From a bacterium (GTDB taxonomy: Bacteria > Bacteroidota > Ignavibacteria > Kapaibacteriales > UBA2268), in the NCBI GenBank assembly GCA_043804925.1, contig JAZDIP010000086.1, positions 17,644 to 81,643 of the forward strand: 64,000 nucleotides of DNA. Direction: 5' to 3'. The notes under the pieces are model-generated. The model was given only the letters and a program-made list of their open reading frames with translations. It was not told where the DNA came from and searched no databases. The position numbers and the translations under genes are program-made. Positions 31,813 to 42,626 of the stretch are shown piece after piece. Within the stretch, counting starts at the first letter, position 1. Each line of letters begins with the position of its first letter.

Positions 31813-33162
31813 ATGGCTTATAAAATTAGTGTTATTGGAACAGGATATGTCGGACTGGTTACAGGTACTTGTTTTGCCGCTACCGGAAATGATGTTATTT
31901 GTGTCGATATCGAAGAAGAAAAAGTAAAAAGTCTTCAACAAGGAATCCCAACTATTTTCGAACCCGGTTTGGAGAGAATGTTAAAGTCTAATGTGAAAGA
32001 AGGAAGAATACGATTTACAACAAATCTTGAAGATGCTGTAAAAAATTCATTGGTTATATTTTTATGCCTGCCTACACCACCATATGAAGACGGTTCGGCA
32101 GATTTACATCATGTGATGGACGTTGCGGAAGAAATCGGACAAATATTGGGCAGCCATGAATTTAAAGAGAAAAAGATTATTGTTAATAAGAGTACTGTCC
32201 CTGTCGGTACAGCCGAAAAGGTAAAATCCATTTTAATTAAATATCTCCCTGATGATAAGTTCGAAGTTGCGAGCAATCCTGAATTTTTAAGAGAAGGATT
32301 TGCTGTCGAAGATTCTATGCTTCCGGAAAGAATAGTTGTTGGTACATCGAACGAATACACAAAAGATGTAATGATTGATTTGTATCAGCCATTTGTCAGG
32401 ACAGGTAATCCAATAATTATCATGGACGAAAAAAGTGCTGAGATAACAAAGTATGCGGCAAATTCTTTTTTAGCAACAAAAATATCTTTTATGAATGATT
32501 TGTCGGCTTATTGTGAAAAAACGGGTGCTGATATTGAAAAGATAAGGCATGGAATTGGGGCAGACAGCAGAATAGGCAAAAAATTTCTTTTTGCCGGAAT
32601 CGGTTATGGCGGTTCCTGCTTTCCAAAGGATGTAAGAGCATTATTATATTCGACAGAACAAGCCAACACGCCTCTCGATATTGTAAAAGCAGCTTACGAA
32701 GTAAATAACAAACAAATTTTGAGATTTACCGGTAAAATTCTTAACCGGTTTAAAAATGATGTCAAAGGGAAAACTTTTGCCCTTTGGGGATTAGCTTTCA
32801 AACATAATACGGATGACACGAGAGAAGCACCTGCATTTAAAATCATAGATATTTTGCTCGAAAACGGAGCAAATATCGTTGCTTATGACCCCGAAGCAAT
32901 GGAAAATACAAAATTGAGATATCATGATAAAATTCAGTACTCGGAAAATTTTTATGATGCATTGAATCAGGCAGATGCATTAATCATAGCTACCGAATGG
33001 AATGTTTTCAGAAGTCCCGATTTCGATAAAATCAAATCATTGATGAATGAACCGTTAATTTTTGATGGTAGAAATCTTTATGATTTGGACGAAATGGAAG
33101 AACTTGGTTTTGAATATTACTGCATTGGGAGAAGAGCGGTTAATCCGAAGTTCAGCAATTAG
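31813..33162 (+). CDS. ugd: UDP-glucose 6-dehydrogenase
   Basis: IGTGYVGL, KSTVPVGT, SNPEFLREG, GYGGSCFPKD; ATG start at 31813. Confidence 0.96.
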   Translation: MAYKISVIGTGYVGLVTGTCFAATGNDVICVDIEEEKVKSLQQGIPTIFEPGLERMLKSNVKEGRIRFTTNLEDAVKNSLVIFLCLPTPPYEDGSADLHHVMDVAEEIGQILGSHEFKEKKIIVNKSTVPVGTAEKVKSILIKYLPDDKFEVASNPEFLREGFAVEDSMLPERIVVGTSNEYTKDVMIDLYQPFVRTGNPIIIMDEKSAEITKYAANSFLATKISFMNDLSAYCEKTGADIEKIRHGIGADSRIGKKFLFAGIGYGGSCFPKDVRALLYSTEQANTPLDIVKAAYEVNNKQILRFTGKILNRFKNDVKGKTFALWGLAFKHNTDDTREAPAFKIIDILLENGANIVAYDPEAMENTKLRYHDKIQYSENFYDALNQADALIIATEWNVFRSPDFDKIKSLMNEPLIFDGRNLYDLDEMEELGFEYYCIGRRAVNPKFSN

Positions 33163-33225
33163 ATTTTAGATTTTAGTAAAAAAGCTAAAAGCTAAAAGCA
33201 TAAAGTTAAAAGTTAAAATCTAAAT
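33160..33225 (+). repeat. Degenerate heptamer tandem repeats after the ugd stop
   Basis: tagattt tagattt ... taaaagc taaaagc ataaagt taaaagt taaaatc. Confidence 0.75.
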
Positions 33226-33263
33226 TTACCTGACAATAAATAATTTTTCCATTTGGAGAAAAG

Positions 33264-33847
33264 ATGAATTTTTTTTGAGAGCCAAACATTGGCAGTTGTT
33301 TTTATTAATGGAAGCATTGCCATTTATCATAAATTTATATTTTATGATATCACAATCTTCTAATGATCCAAGTGCTTTGGAAGATACCTTTTATTTATTA
33401 TTTAGTATAATAATCGGAACTGCTATATTTGTTTGGATTTGGACTGTCGGAAAATCTCTCCATAATGAACTTCCAAAGACAACTAATATTAAGATTAAAT
33501 TATTCAAATTCTCATTGATTTTCCCTGTTTGCTTCTTTCTTTTCATAATTTTATATAGTGAAACATTTGGAAATATAACTTTTAATAACGAAATAATGCC
33601 TGTTTTTTTTATTTTATTATTTATTTTGTTCGGATTTTTTGGATGTATATTATATTGTACTTGGTTTCTGACAAATTCACTAAGGTTAATAGAAGATATA
33701 AAAAAAATCCCTCACCAATCATTTTTTTGGGATTTTTTCGTATTTTGGATGACTCCTTTTGGGATATGGTCTTTCCAACCCAGAATAAACAAAATCTTCG
33801 CCGATAACAATAGATATCCCTTAAAGTTAAATCAACCCATTGAATAA
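33264..33847 (+). CDS. Multi-TM hypothetical membrane protein; start offset by a T8 tract
   Basis: AKHWQLF...4-5 hydrophobic segments...PFGIWSFQPRINKIF; the ATG with a GGAG RBS (33264) is out of frame with the TTG at 33275. Confidence 0.65.
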
Positions 33848-33857
33848 TACAATTTCT

Positions 33858-35285
33858 TTACAAAATAAACTTACTTAAATCGGTATCTTGCACAATATCC
33901 TTCAACCTTTCGGTTACCATTTTTGCATCAATTTTAATTTTTTTCTTTTCAATGTTATCGGGAGTATTGAAAAGTATATCTTCCAGCAATGTAGTTAAGA
34001 TTGTATGCAATCTTCTTGCTCCGATATTTGTGATTTCGTCGTTTACTTTTGCGGCAATGGCTGCAATCTCTTTTATTGAGTCATCAGTAAAATCAAGTTC
34101 GATGTCTTCCGATTGCATTAATGCCTTGTATTGTTTAATTAAAGCATTTTCAGGCAAGGTTAAAATTTTAATAAAATCTTCTTCAGTTAAGCTTTTTAAT
34201 TCCACACGAATCGGAAATCTTCCCTGAAGTTCGGGAACCAGGTCAGATGGTTTGGCTACATGAAAAGCACCGGAAGCAATAAAGAGAACATGTTCTGTTG
34301 TGACAGGTCCGTATTTTGTATTTACAGTGGTACCTTCAACAATAGGGAGTAAATCTCTTTGTACTCCTTCCCTTGAAACTTCGGGACCATGAGCACCATC
34401 ACCGCTGCGTGAAGTAATTTTATCAATTTCGTCAAGAAAAACGATGCCTGAATTTTCGGCTCTGTTCAAAGCTTCTTTGACTACAGCTTCCATATCAATC
34501 AATTTTTCTGCTTCTTCTTTTCTTAAAATTAAAATGGCATCGGAAATTTTCATTTTACGTTTTTTGTTTTTCTTTGGCATAATATTGCCAAAAATTTCCT
34601 GAAGGTTTACGCCCATTTCATCGAGCCCGATTGGTCCCATAATTTGAAGAGACGGCATTGAATCAACAGCTATATCGAGTTCTATCATTCTATCGTTTAA
34701 TTTACCATCCCGAAGCATTTGCCTGAACTTTTCTCTTGACCTTTCGTTGTCCTGAACATCGGTATCAGTGGCAGTGTCAAAAGAGGGTCCTTTTTTTATC
34801 GGTGGTAAGAGGATATCGAGGATTCTGTTTTCAGCGGCAATTTCAGCGTCTTTGTGTTTTTCTTCTGCCTGCTCTTGTCTGACCATTGAAACTGAACGTT
34901 CTGCTAAATCCCTGATTATAGATTCGACATCTCTTCCGACATATCCGACTTCGGTAAATTTTGTAGCTTCGACTTTAACGAAAGGAGCACCGGCAAGTCG
35001 AGCCAATCTTCGGGCTATTTCAGTTTTACCGACACCTGTTGGTCCAATCATAATGATATTGTTCGGCATGATTTCTTCACGTAAATCGCCGGGAACCTGC
35101 TGCCGTCTCCATCGGTTTCTCAAAGCGATAGCTACTGCCTTTTTGGCATCGCCTTGTGAAATTATATATTTATCAAGTTCAAAAACAATTTGTCTTGGGG
35201 TTAAACTTTGTCCTGCAAGTACTTTTACAATGTCTTTAATTTGTTCTCTTTGTTTTTCCGATACTAACATTTCTCGTTTATTCAT
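33858..35285 (-). CDS. hslU: ATP-dependent protease ATPase subunit HslU
   Basis: [44 protein letters not shown]-terminal LSKFIL. Confidence 0.99.
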   Translation of the reverse strand: MNKREMLVSEKQREQIKDIVKVLAGQSLTPRQIVFELDKYIISQGDAKKAVAIALRNRWRRQQVPGDLREEIMPNNIIMIGPTGVGKTEIARRLARLAGAPFVKVEATKFTEVGYVGRDVESIIRDLAERSVSMVRQEQAEEKHKDAEIAAENRILDILLPPIKKGPSFDTATDTDVQDNERSREKFRQMLRDGKLNDRMIELDIAVDSMPSLQIMGPIGLDEMGVNLQEIFGNIMPKKNKKRKMKISDAILILRKEEAEKLIDMEAVVKEALNRAENSGIVFLDEIDKITSRSGDGAHGPEVSREGVQRDLLPIVEGTTVNTKYGPVTTEHVLFIASGAFHVAKPSDLVPELQGRFPIRVELKSLTEEDFIKILTLPENALIKQYKALMQSEDIELDFTDDSIKEIAAIAAKVNDEITNIGARRLHTILTTLLEDILFNTPDNIEKKKIKIDAKMVTERLKDIVQDTDLSKFIL

Positions 35286-35301
35286 TTTATCAATCCTGTT
35301 T

Positions 35302-35341
35302 CAAGTTTTAAGTTTTAAATTTTAAGTTTTAAGTTATAAAT
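35302..35341 (-). repeat. Heptamer tandem repeat (TAAGTTT)n between hslV and hslU
   Basis: caagttt taagttt taaattt taagttt taagtta. Confidence 0.8.
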
Positions 35342-35369
35342 ATTATTTTGTTTTTTTCACTTATTAAAA

Positions 35370-35924
35370 TTAATCCAGTTCTTCAATAACAATGCTATTG
35401 TTGGTGTAAATGCAAATATCAGAGGCGATTTTTAATGCTTCTTCAACAATTTCCTTTGCAGACATGTTTGTGTATTTAATTAGAACTCTTGCAGCGGCTA
35501 AAGCATAACTGCCACCTGAGCCAATTGCAAGGATATTGTCTTCGGGTTCGATAACGTCCCCGGTACCACTAATCAGTAATGCACCATTTTTATCCATAAC
35601 AATAAGCATAGCTTCAAGACGGCGAAGGTATCTGTCTGTCCTCCAATCTTTTGCCAATTCGATTGAAGCCCTCAACAAATTTCCTCTCGTTGAGTTCAGT
35701 TTTTCCTCGAATCTTTCAAGTAATGTAAAAGCATCTGCAGTAGCACCGGCAAAACCTGCAATTATTTTATTATCATGTAGCTTTCTTACTTTCTTTGCAT
35801 TGTGTTTCATAACGGTATTGTTGAAAGTTACCTGGCCATCTGCTCCCAAAGCCGCTTTGCCGTCTTTTACAACACCTATAACGGTTGTTGATTGTACTTC
35901 CGGATGTAATTCTTTGCTCTTCAT
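35370..35924 (-). CDS. hslV: ATP-dependent protease peptidase subunit HslV
   Basis: [47 protein letters not shown]. Confidence 0.98.
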   Translation of the reverse strand: MKSKELHPEVQSTTVIGVVKDGKAALGADGQVTFNNTVMKHNAKKVRKLHDNKIIAGFAGATADAFTLLERFEEKLNSTRGNLLRASIELAKDWRTDRYLRRLEAMLIVMDKNGALLISGTGDVIEPEDNILAIGSGGSYALAAARVLIKYTNMSAKEIVEEALKIASDICIYTNNSIVIEELD

Positions 35925-36114
35925 AATGTTAATTTTTTTATATACTTAAAAAACAAGTTACGTATATAGCTATTCAATATTTTGTAATACCAATTATATT
36001 AATCGAGATTGCAAAACCAGACGATACAATTTAAATAGATATTGTCATCTTACAAAAAAAATCTCATAATGTCCAAATGTAAAGAATAATAGACAATTAA
36101 TGTACTGTCCTGTG

Positions 36115-36207
36115 AACCGAAAGAACGAAAGACCGAAGAACGGAAGAAACAAAGAACTGAAGCACACTATCAAACCTATTAACTTATTAAACTTATTAAA
36201 CTTATTA
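36115..36207 (+). repeat. Degenerate 8-mer (ACCGAAAG-like) and 9-mer (AAACTTATT) tandem repeats
   Basis: accgaaag aacgaaag accgaag aacggaag ...; aaacctatt aacttatt aaacttatt aaacttatt. Confidence 0.7.
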
Positions 36208-36352
36208 TACTATTTTACGACATTCGCATACAAATGATTATTACAAAATAATGATATATCATTTTTTTTTTGATTTGAATATTGGTAAGTTGTTTGTTTG
36301 ATTTTTTCAATTTTTCAATAATGAGGTTTAGAAATTTATATTTGAGGCAAAG

Positions 36353-37726
36353 ATGCAGACATTGATAGAACCGTTTAAAATTAAAACGGTAGAAGAAATC
36401 CCAATTACAACTATAGAACAACGAGAAAAATTACTTAAAGAAGCTTTTTACAATCCATTTTATTTAAACTCGAAATATATAACAATTGACATGCTTACCG
36501 ATAGCGGCACAACGGCAATGAGTTCGCATCAGTGGGCCGGATTGATTGATGGGGATGAATCCTATGCCGGTTCAAAAAGTTATTATAAATTTGAAAAAGT
36601 GGTCAAGAAGATAACAGGATTTAAATATATTATCCCAACGCATCAGGGAAGAGCGGCAGAACGTATTCTCTTTACATTGATAGCCGGAGAAGGTAAATAT
36701 ATTCCAAATAACACTCATTTTGATACGACACGAGGGAATATTGAATATACCAAGGCAAAAGCAGTTGATTTTGTTACTGCTATTGGCAAACAACCCGATA
36801 AAATTGCAGATTTCAAAGGGAATATGGATTTACCTGCTTTAGAAAAATTCATTAAAAAAATCGGAGCACAGAATATTCCCGTTTGTATGCTGACCATTAC
36901 GAACAATACCGGTGGCGGTCAGCCGGTTTCAATGCAAAATATTAGGGAAACAAAAGAATTACTAAAAAAATACGGAATCCCGCTATTTCTGGATTGTTGC
37001 CGTTTCGCAGAAAATGCCTATTTCATAAAACAAAGGGAAAAGGGATATAAAAATAAATCCATAAAAGAGATAGCCCGTGAAATGTTTTCTTATGCAGACG
37101 GATGCACGATGAGTGCAAAAAAAGACGGACTTTCGAACACCGGTGGATTTATCGGGACAAACAACAGCAAATTAGCCGAAAGAGCCAAAACATTACTAAT
37201 TATTACCGAAGGTTTTATTACTTATGGTGGATTAGCCAGGCGGGATTTGGAAGCATTGGCTATTGGCTTCGATGAAGTATTAAATGAAGATTATTTAAGA
37301 TACAGAGTGGGTCAGGTAAAAATGTTCGGTGATATGTTGCAAAGTGCAGGAGTACCAATTTTGGTTCCTACAGGCGGGCATGCAGTTTATCTAGATGCCA
37401 AGCGTTTTGCTCCTCACATACCGGCAGAACAATTTCCGGGACACAGCATCACTTTAGAAGTTTACAAAATAGGTGGTATAAGAAGTTGTGAAATTGGCTC
37501 AGTAATGTTTGGTACTAAAGACAAAAATGGCAATCATATCGCACCTAATATGGAACTTGTACGATTTGCAGTACCGCGAAGGGTTTATACCAAGAGTCAT
37601 ATCGAATATACTGCTGAAGCCGTAGTGGAAGTTTATAGGAACCGCAAGAAATTAAAAGGACTTAAGATTGTTTGGGAACCGGAGTTCTTAAGACATTTTA
37701 CTGCGAAATTTGAGTATATTAAGTAA
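36353..37726 (+). CDS. tnaA: Tryptophanase (beta-eliminating lyase)
   Basis: EPFKIK, DMLTDSGT, THQGRAAE, MSAKKD (PLP Lys), PRRVYT, LRHFTA (His typical of TnaA). Confidence 0.9.
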   Translation: MQTLIEPFKIKTVEEIPITTIEQREKLLKEAFYNPFYLNSKYITIDMLTDSGTTAMSSHQWAGLIDGDESYAGSKSYYKFEKVVKKITGFKYIIPTHQGRAAERILFTLIAGEGKYIPNNTHFDTTRGNIEYTKAKAVDFVTAIGKQPDKIADFKGNMDLPALEKFIKKIGAQNIPVCMLTITNNTGGGQPVSMQNIRETKELLKKYGIPLFLDCCRFAENAYFIKQREKGYKNKSIKEIAREMFSYADGCTMSAKKDGLSNTGGFIGTNNSKLAERAKTLLIITEGFITYGGLARRDLEALAIGFDEVLNEDYLRYRVGQVKMFGDMLQSAGVPILVPTGGHAVYLDAKRFAPHIPAEQFPGHSITLEVYKIGGIRSCEIGSVMFGTKDKNGNHIAPNMELVRFAVPRRVYTKSHIEYTAEAVVEVYRNRKKLKGLKIVWEPEFLRHFTAKFEYIK

Positions 37727-37810
37727 AATAAATAATCAGTTGATGATGTTTTGCAAGTTATAAAACTCTTTTTTTTAAGTGCTATTGGAGTACTAAGTTT
37801 CTGAAATTAC

Positions 37811-37841
37811 TTGCATAAAATGTAAATATATGTTATTTTTG
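37811..37841 (+). promoter_or_regulatory. Probable rho promoter (TTG ... TAnnTTTG)
   Basis: TTGC at 37811 and TATTTTTG at 37834-37841, about 350 nt upstream of the rho ATG. Confidence 0.5.
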
Positions 37842-38195
37842 AAATTGAGTTTAGCTCATCTGTTAAAAATCTTGTAATAAGATTTATTTTCTTTGGCAGT
37901 AAAGCGTGCCTTTTTGGTAGCTGTTTCCGGTTGAAGTAACCGGCAGAAAAGTATATTCCATAATAGTTGAGTTAAAATGTTTTAATAACATTTTTTCTGT
38001 TAGAATGTAATATTGACAGAAATTTGAAAATGCATTATTATTTATTTTTTGAGGGGACCTTATTACTTAATTCCATATCTGTAAATTAATTACTTTACAG
38101 TTTTGCTATATCAGTTTTTTACTGCTGAATGAAAAAATTATTACTACTATGAAAATCATTTATTATATATTTATAAACAAATTGAAGGATTAACA

Positions 38196-39668
38196 ATGCC
38201 ACGAAAACGTAAAGATTTCGTACCAAAGGATGAGCCAAAAGTCGAAAAAAATGAACCGGTTGAAACAACAGTGAAAGTTGAAGATTCCAACGCACCCGAG
38301 AAAATTGAAACTTCTGACTCAACTGAAAAAGTTGAAACTACCACCACAGTCGAGAAAGTTGTAAAAGTCGAAACAAAACCGACTGAAATTCGCAGAATTG
38401 ACATCAATGAACTTAAGACCAAAAAGATTGCGGAATTGACATCACTTGCAAAAGAACTCGGTATAACTAACTTTGCCAATTTAAGAAAACAGGAATTGAT
38501 TTTAAAAATTGTCGAAACCCAAGCACCTAAAAGTACTGCTTCTCCGGATAAGATGGAAGGCCAGCTTGCAAGCCAGGGAGTTCTGGAAGTAATGCCTGAC
38601 GGCTATGGATTTTTAAGGGCGACCAGCTATAATTATCTTCCTTCACCCGATGACATATATGTTTCTCCATCTCAAATTAAAAAGTTTATGCTTAGAACCG
38701 GCGACACTATTGAAGGTCAGGTACGTCCTCCGAAGGAAGGTGAAAGATTTTATGCTTTGCTGAAAGTCGAAAAAGTGAATTATCTTTCTCCCGAGCATAT
38801 CAGGGAAAGAACAATTTTCGATAATCTTACTCCACTTTTTCCAAATAAAAGAATCAGCTTGGAAACAGCTCCAAGCATTTATTCAATGCGGGTGCTTGAC
38901 TTACTTTGTCCAATCGGTAAGGGGCAAAGGGGCTTGATAGTGTCACCACCTAAAGCAGGTAAGACTATTTTATTGCAACAAATAGCAAACAGCATTACAA
39001 AAAATCATCCTGAAATTAAACTTATAGTTCTGTTGATTGATGAGCGGCCTGAGGAAGTAACGGATTTTGAGCGTTCTGTTGATGCCGAAGTTATTGCCTC
39101 AACCTTCGATGAGCCACCCGACCGGCACGTGCAGGTTGCCGAGATGGTACTTGAAAAAGCCAAACGTCTCGTCGAAGCCAAGATGGATGTAGTGGTTCTT
39201 TTAGACTCTATTACAAGATTGGCAAGAGCACACAATACGGTTATTCCGCATTCAGGTAAAATACTTTCCGGTGGTGTTGATGCTAATGCATTACATAAAC
39301 CCAAGAGATTTTTTGGTGCCGCAAGGAATATAGAAGAAGGCGGTTCTTTGACGATTATTGCTACTGCCCTGATTGAAACAGGCAGCAGAATGGATGACGT
39401 TATTTTTGAAGAATTCAAGGGTACGGGAAACATGGAACTTGTTTTGGATAGAAAAATTGCCGACAGAAGAATTTATCCTGCCATCGAGGTTAATAAATCG
39501 AGTACAAGACGTGAAGATTTATTGCTTGCTCAAGAAGAACTTTACAGGATTTGGATATTGAGAAAAGTGCTTAACGAAATGAATGCTCCCGATGCTATGG
39601 AATTTTTCCTGAATAGATTGAAAGGTACAAGAAGCAACAGGGACTTTTTACTCTCGATGAACAGCTAA
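38196..39668 (+). CDS. rho: Transcription termination factor Rho
   Basis: [52 protein letters not shown]. Confidence 0.99.
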   Translation: MPRKRKDFVPKDEPKVEKNEPVETTVKVEDSNAPEKIETSDSTEKVETTTTVEKVVKVETKPTEIRRIDINELKTKKIAELTSLAKELGITNFANLRKQELILKIVETQAPKSTASPDKMEGQLASQGVLEVMPDGYGFLRATSYNYLPSPDDIYVSPSQIKKFMLRTGDTIEGQVRPPKEGERFYALLKVEKVNYLSPEHIRERTIFDNLTPLFPNKRISLETAPSIYSMRVLDLLCPIGKGQRGLIVSPPKAGKTILLQQIANSITKNHPEIKLIVLLIDERPEEVTDFERSVDAEVIASTFDEPPDRHVQVAEMVLEKAKRLVEAKMDVVVLLDSITRLARAHNTVIPHSGKILSGGVDANALHKPKRFFGAARNIEEGGSLTIIATALIETGSRMDDVIFEEFKGTGNMELVLDRKIADRRIYPAIEVNKSSTRREDLLLAQEELYRIWILRKVLNEMNAPDAMEFFLNRLKGTRSNRDFLLSMNS

Positions 39669-39759
39669 ATAATGTTCAATTGTTAATTGTTAATGTTTAA
39701 TGGTTTAAATTAATTATTAGAAATTTTTTAGTGATAATTTTATTTTTTTTCGTAATTTC

Positions 39760-39792
39760 AATGCTGTCAAAAGTTTTGGCAGCATTTTTTTT
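39760..39792 (+). terminator. Intrinsic terminator after rho
   Basis: AATGCTGTCAAA-AG-TTTTGGCAGCATT plus a T run. Confidence 0.7.
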
Positions 39793-39814
39793 ATAATTTT
39801 TAACGGAATTGAAA

Positions 39815-42391
39815 ATGGCAAAGAAACATACGGCTAAGAATATTACTCAAAGGGATAAAACATCACAGGGTAATAAAGTATCCCAAAAGGAAGCCAAAAA
39901 AGTAATTCAAAAGAGTGAAATTATACCTGAAAAATACCAGGATTTATTTTTTATTGGATTGCTATTTCTTTTAGTATATATTTTCTTCTCATCAGCGATT
40001 TTTGGTAATGGATTTTATGTCTCGGATAATCTTGCATCCAAAAGCTTTGAAACTTACGTGAATCAAGCTAACAAAGATGGGAATTTCCCTCAGTGGATAC
40101 CATATATATTCAGTGGAATGCCGAGCTTTGCTGCTATGTTGACAACCGGGGCAAGAGCATGGGCATTTATACAATCAATATTTTTCAATATAATCGGGTT
40201 CTTTGGGATACTGTTTTCGAGTGACGTTGCACGCCTTGCAATGTATTATGTAATCTATGGAACCGGAATTTATATTCTAATGCGTACTAAAGACCATGAA
40301 AGATTTGTTGCTTTTTTTACTTCGGCAGCAGCAGTTTTTTCAACAAGTGTAATTGTATGGATTATGATTGGACATAATACCAAACCGGTTGTATTTGCAA
40401 TGTTCCCATTTGTCATTTTACTGTTGGAACAACTTCGCCTGAAATTCTCTATTTTACACACCGTTTTGTTGGTCATTGTCGTACATATTATGATGGAAGC
40501 CGGACACGTTCAAATGATATTTTACGGTATTGTAACATTTGCCCTTTACTTATTATTTGAATTTATCAGCCGTTTAATCAGCAAAAGAAAACCAATTAAA
40601 GTTTTAAGAGCGGCAGGTTTGTTAGCATTAGCCGGCGGGATTGCATTCATTATGTCATCAGACAGATACCTGAGTACCATGGAATATACCCCTCATTCAA
40701 CACGAGGTTCCGGTCCTATCGAAAAAGCAGATAACTCAAAAGTAGGTGCTTCCGGTGGTAATGATTACGAATATGCAACAATGTGGTCTTACAGTCCTCA
40801 GGAAATGATGCTGTTTTTAGTACCGAATTATTTCGGATTCGGTAAGTTAAAATATTCCGGTCCTGCTACTCGCGGAGATGAAGTTAAGCTTCCTGCATAT
40901 TGGGGACAAAAGCCATTTGACGATGCCGCGGCTTACATGGGAATCGGCATAATGGCTCTTGCTGTCTTGGGATTTATTATGTACAGGAGTAATGTTTTTG
41001 TTCAATTTTTATTTGTTGCGTCCTTATTCTCATTACTACTTTCATTCGGTAAAAATTTACCATTTTTGTTTGATTTGTTCTACTACTATGTCCCAAGTTT
41101 TAATAAGTTCAGGGCTCCGAGTATGGCTCTGATTATAATGCAATTCACAGTACCAATTCTTGCAGGATACGGTTTGACAGGTATACTTAACTGGAGAAAA
41201 AACCCTGACGAAAGCAGCAAGAAAATGATGAAAGGACTAATAATCGGTTCATTGAGTTTTCTTGGATTGGGATTTTTATTCGCATTGCTTTTCAAAACAT
41301 CTTATATTGATGCAGTTACCGGTTCTGAAAATTCGTCTTTTCAAAGTTATTTAAAACAAATACCAGATTATGCAGAATTCATTTACAATCAAATGATAAC
41401 CGATTGGCTTTTAAATGGTGTGTTACTTGTTTTATCCGTCTTTATGATTTTTTATTTTGTCAAGGGAAAATTATCCAAAAATCTATTTTTTGTTGCTTTA
41501 GCCATATTATTAATTGTAGATTTATGGCGCGTGGATTTTAGGCCTATGGAAGTATCTGAAAAACCGATTGAACAAGGTGCTTTTGTAAAGACTGATATCG
41601 TGCAATTTCTGGAGCAAGACAAATCTGTTTTCCGCATTGCCGATATGGCTCAAAGAGATACACCTAACGGTCTGGCTTATTTTAAAATTCAAAATATTAA
41701 CGGGTATCATTCTGCAAAATTGAGAGTATATCAGGATATAATGGATGTAGCTAATATGCCTCAGGCACAGGGTTCAACTTCGATGGTACTAAATCCTTTC
41801 TTGTGGAATTTAATGAATGTAAGATATATAATTGCACAGGGGAAACTTTGGGAAGGGGCAACACCAATCTATCAATCACAGCAAACAGGGGAGAGTGTTT
41901 ATTATAATCCGGGTATGCTGCCAAGAGTATTCTTCGTTAATTCGGTTCAGGTTGAAAAAGCGATTAAGATTTTGCATCATCTGCGGGATGGAGACTTTGA
42001 CCCGATAAAGATTGCATACATTGAAAAATCTATTAACATTAAACTTGACACACTCCTGGATGGAAATGTTGCCGAGATTACCGGATACAAAAATGAAAAT
42101 ATCAAGATAAAAGCAACTGCTACTGGGAATAATCTACTTTTTATCAGCGAAATTTATTATCCTGCATGGAAGGCATTTATTGATGGGAAGGAAACGAAAA
42201 TATATAAAACAAACTATGCTTTTCGTTCCGTTGTTATACCTAAAGGTATGCATACGCTCGAATTAAAATACAAATCTGAGGGTTTTGAAACAGGTAAAAA
42301 CCTGAGTTTTGCTTCAAACATTATCGTAGCTTTAGCATTAGTTCTTGGAATATTTTTAGAAATCAAGAAAAGAAAAACGGTGGATGTATAA
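39815..42391 (+). CDS. YfhO-family polytopic membrane protein (GT-C-like)
   Basis: PQWIPYIFSGMP, many TMs, FNKFRAPSM, INGYHSAKL, SEIYYPAWKAFIDG..TNYAFRSVVIPKGMH. Confidence 0.9.
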   Translation: MAKKHTAKNITQRDKTSQGNKVSQKEAKKVIQKSEIIPEKYQDLFFIGLLFLLVYIFFSSAIFGNGFYVSDNLASKSFETYVNQANKDGNFPQWIPYIFSGMPSFAAMLTTGARAWAFIQSIFFNIIGFFGILFSSDVARLAMYYVIYGTGIYILMRTKDHERFVAFFTSAAAVFSTSVIVWIMIGHNTKPVVFAMFPFVILLLEQLRLKFSILHTVLLVIVVHIMMEAGHVQMIFYGIVTFALYLLFEFISRLISKRKPIKVLRAAGLLALAGGIAFIMSSDRYLSTMEYTPHSTRGSGPIEKADNSKVGASGGNDYEYATMWSYSPQEMMLFLVPNYFGFGKLKYSGPATRGDEVKLPAYWGQKPFDDAAAYMGIGIMALAVLGFIMYRSNVFVQFLFVASLFSLLLSFGKNLPFLFDLFYYYVPSFNKFRAPSMALIIMQFTVPILAGYGLTGILNWRKNPDESSKKMMKGLIIGSLSFLGLGFLFALLFKTSYIDAVTGSENSSFQSYLKQIPDYAEFIYNQMITDWLLNGVLLVLSVFMIFYFVKGKLSKNLFFVALAILLIVDLWRVDFRPMEVSEKPIEQGAFVKTDIVQFLEQDKSVFRIADMAQRDTPNGLAYFKIQNINGYHSAKLRVYQDIMDVANMPQAQGSTSMVLNPFLWNLMNVRYIIAQGKLWEGATPIYQSQQTGESVYYNPGMLPRVFFVNSVQVEKAIKILHHLRDGDFDPIKIAYIEKSINIKLDTLLDGNVAEITGYKNENIKIKATATGNNLLFISEIYYPAWKAFIDGKETKIYKTNYAFRSVVIPKGMHTLELKYKSEGFETGKNLSFASNIIVALALVLGIFLEIKKRKTVDV

Positions 42392-42626
42392 ATTTGTAAT
42401 AAGGAATTTGTTTTATATTCTAACAATTATGACAAAGACTGAACAAAATGGTTAAAAGATAAACAGATAGTTTAAAAATGATTGGGACACTCAATTTTTT
42501 GGGGAGTAAAACAATGAGTTTTCTTAAGTATGGTAACCGGAATATTAACAAATTGGTGATTCTCTTTTGATTGAATTGGAGTTCGGGGAATGATTGGAAT
42601 TGAATTTAACAATTTTAGACAATCAT

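Noticed and set aside
35889-35924. 12-residue leader before the catalytic Thr of HslV
   Set aside because: Short N-terminal extensions are common in HslV outside enterobacteria
36100-36237. 45-codon ORF upstream of tnaA as a TnaC-like leader
   Set aside because: No Trp codon; largely made of tandem repeats; a TATATTTG promoter-like motif lies downstream, next to the tnaA start
36353-37726. Tyrosine phenol-lyase call
   Set aside because: C-terminal LRHFTA favours tryptophanase; TPL has LRFFT
39244-39256. TTCCGCATTCAGG resembling the inverted-repeat element end
   Set aside because: Lies in conserved rho coding sequence (IPHSG); no partner end seen
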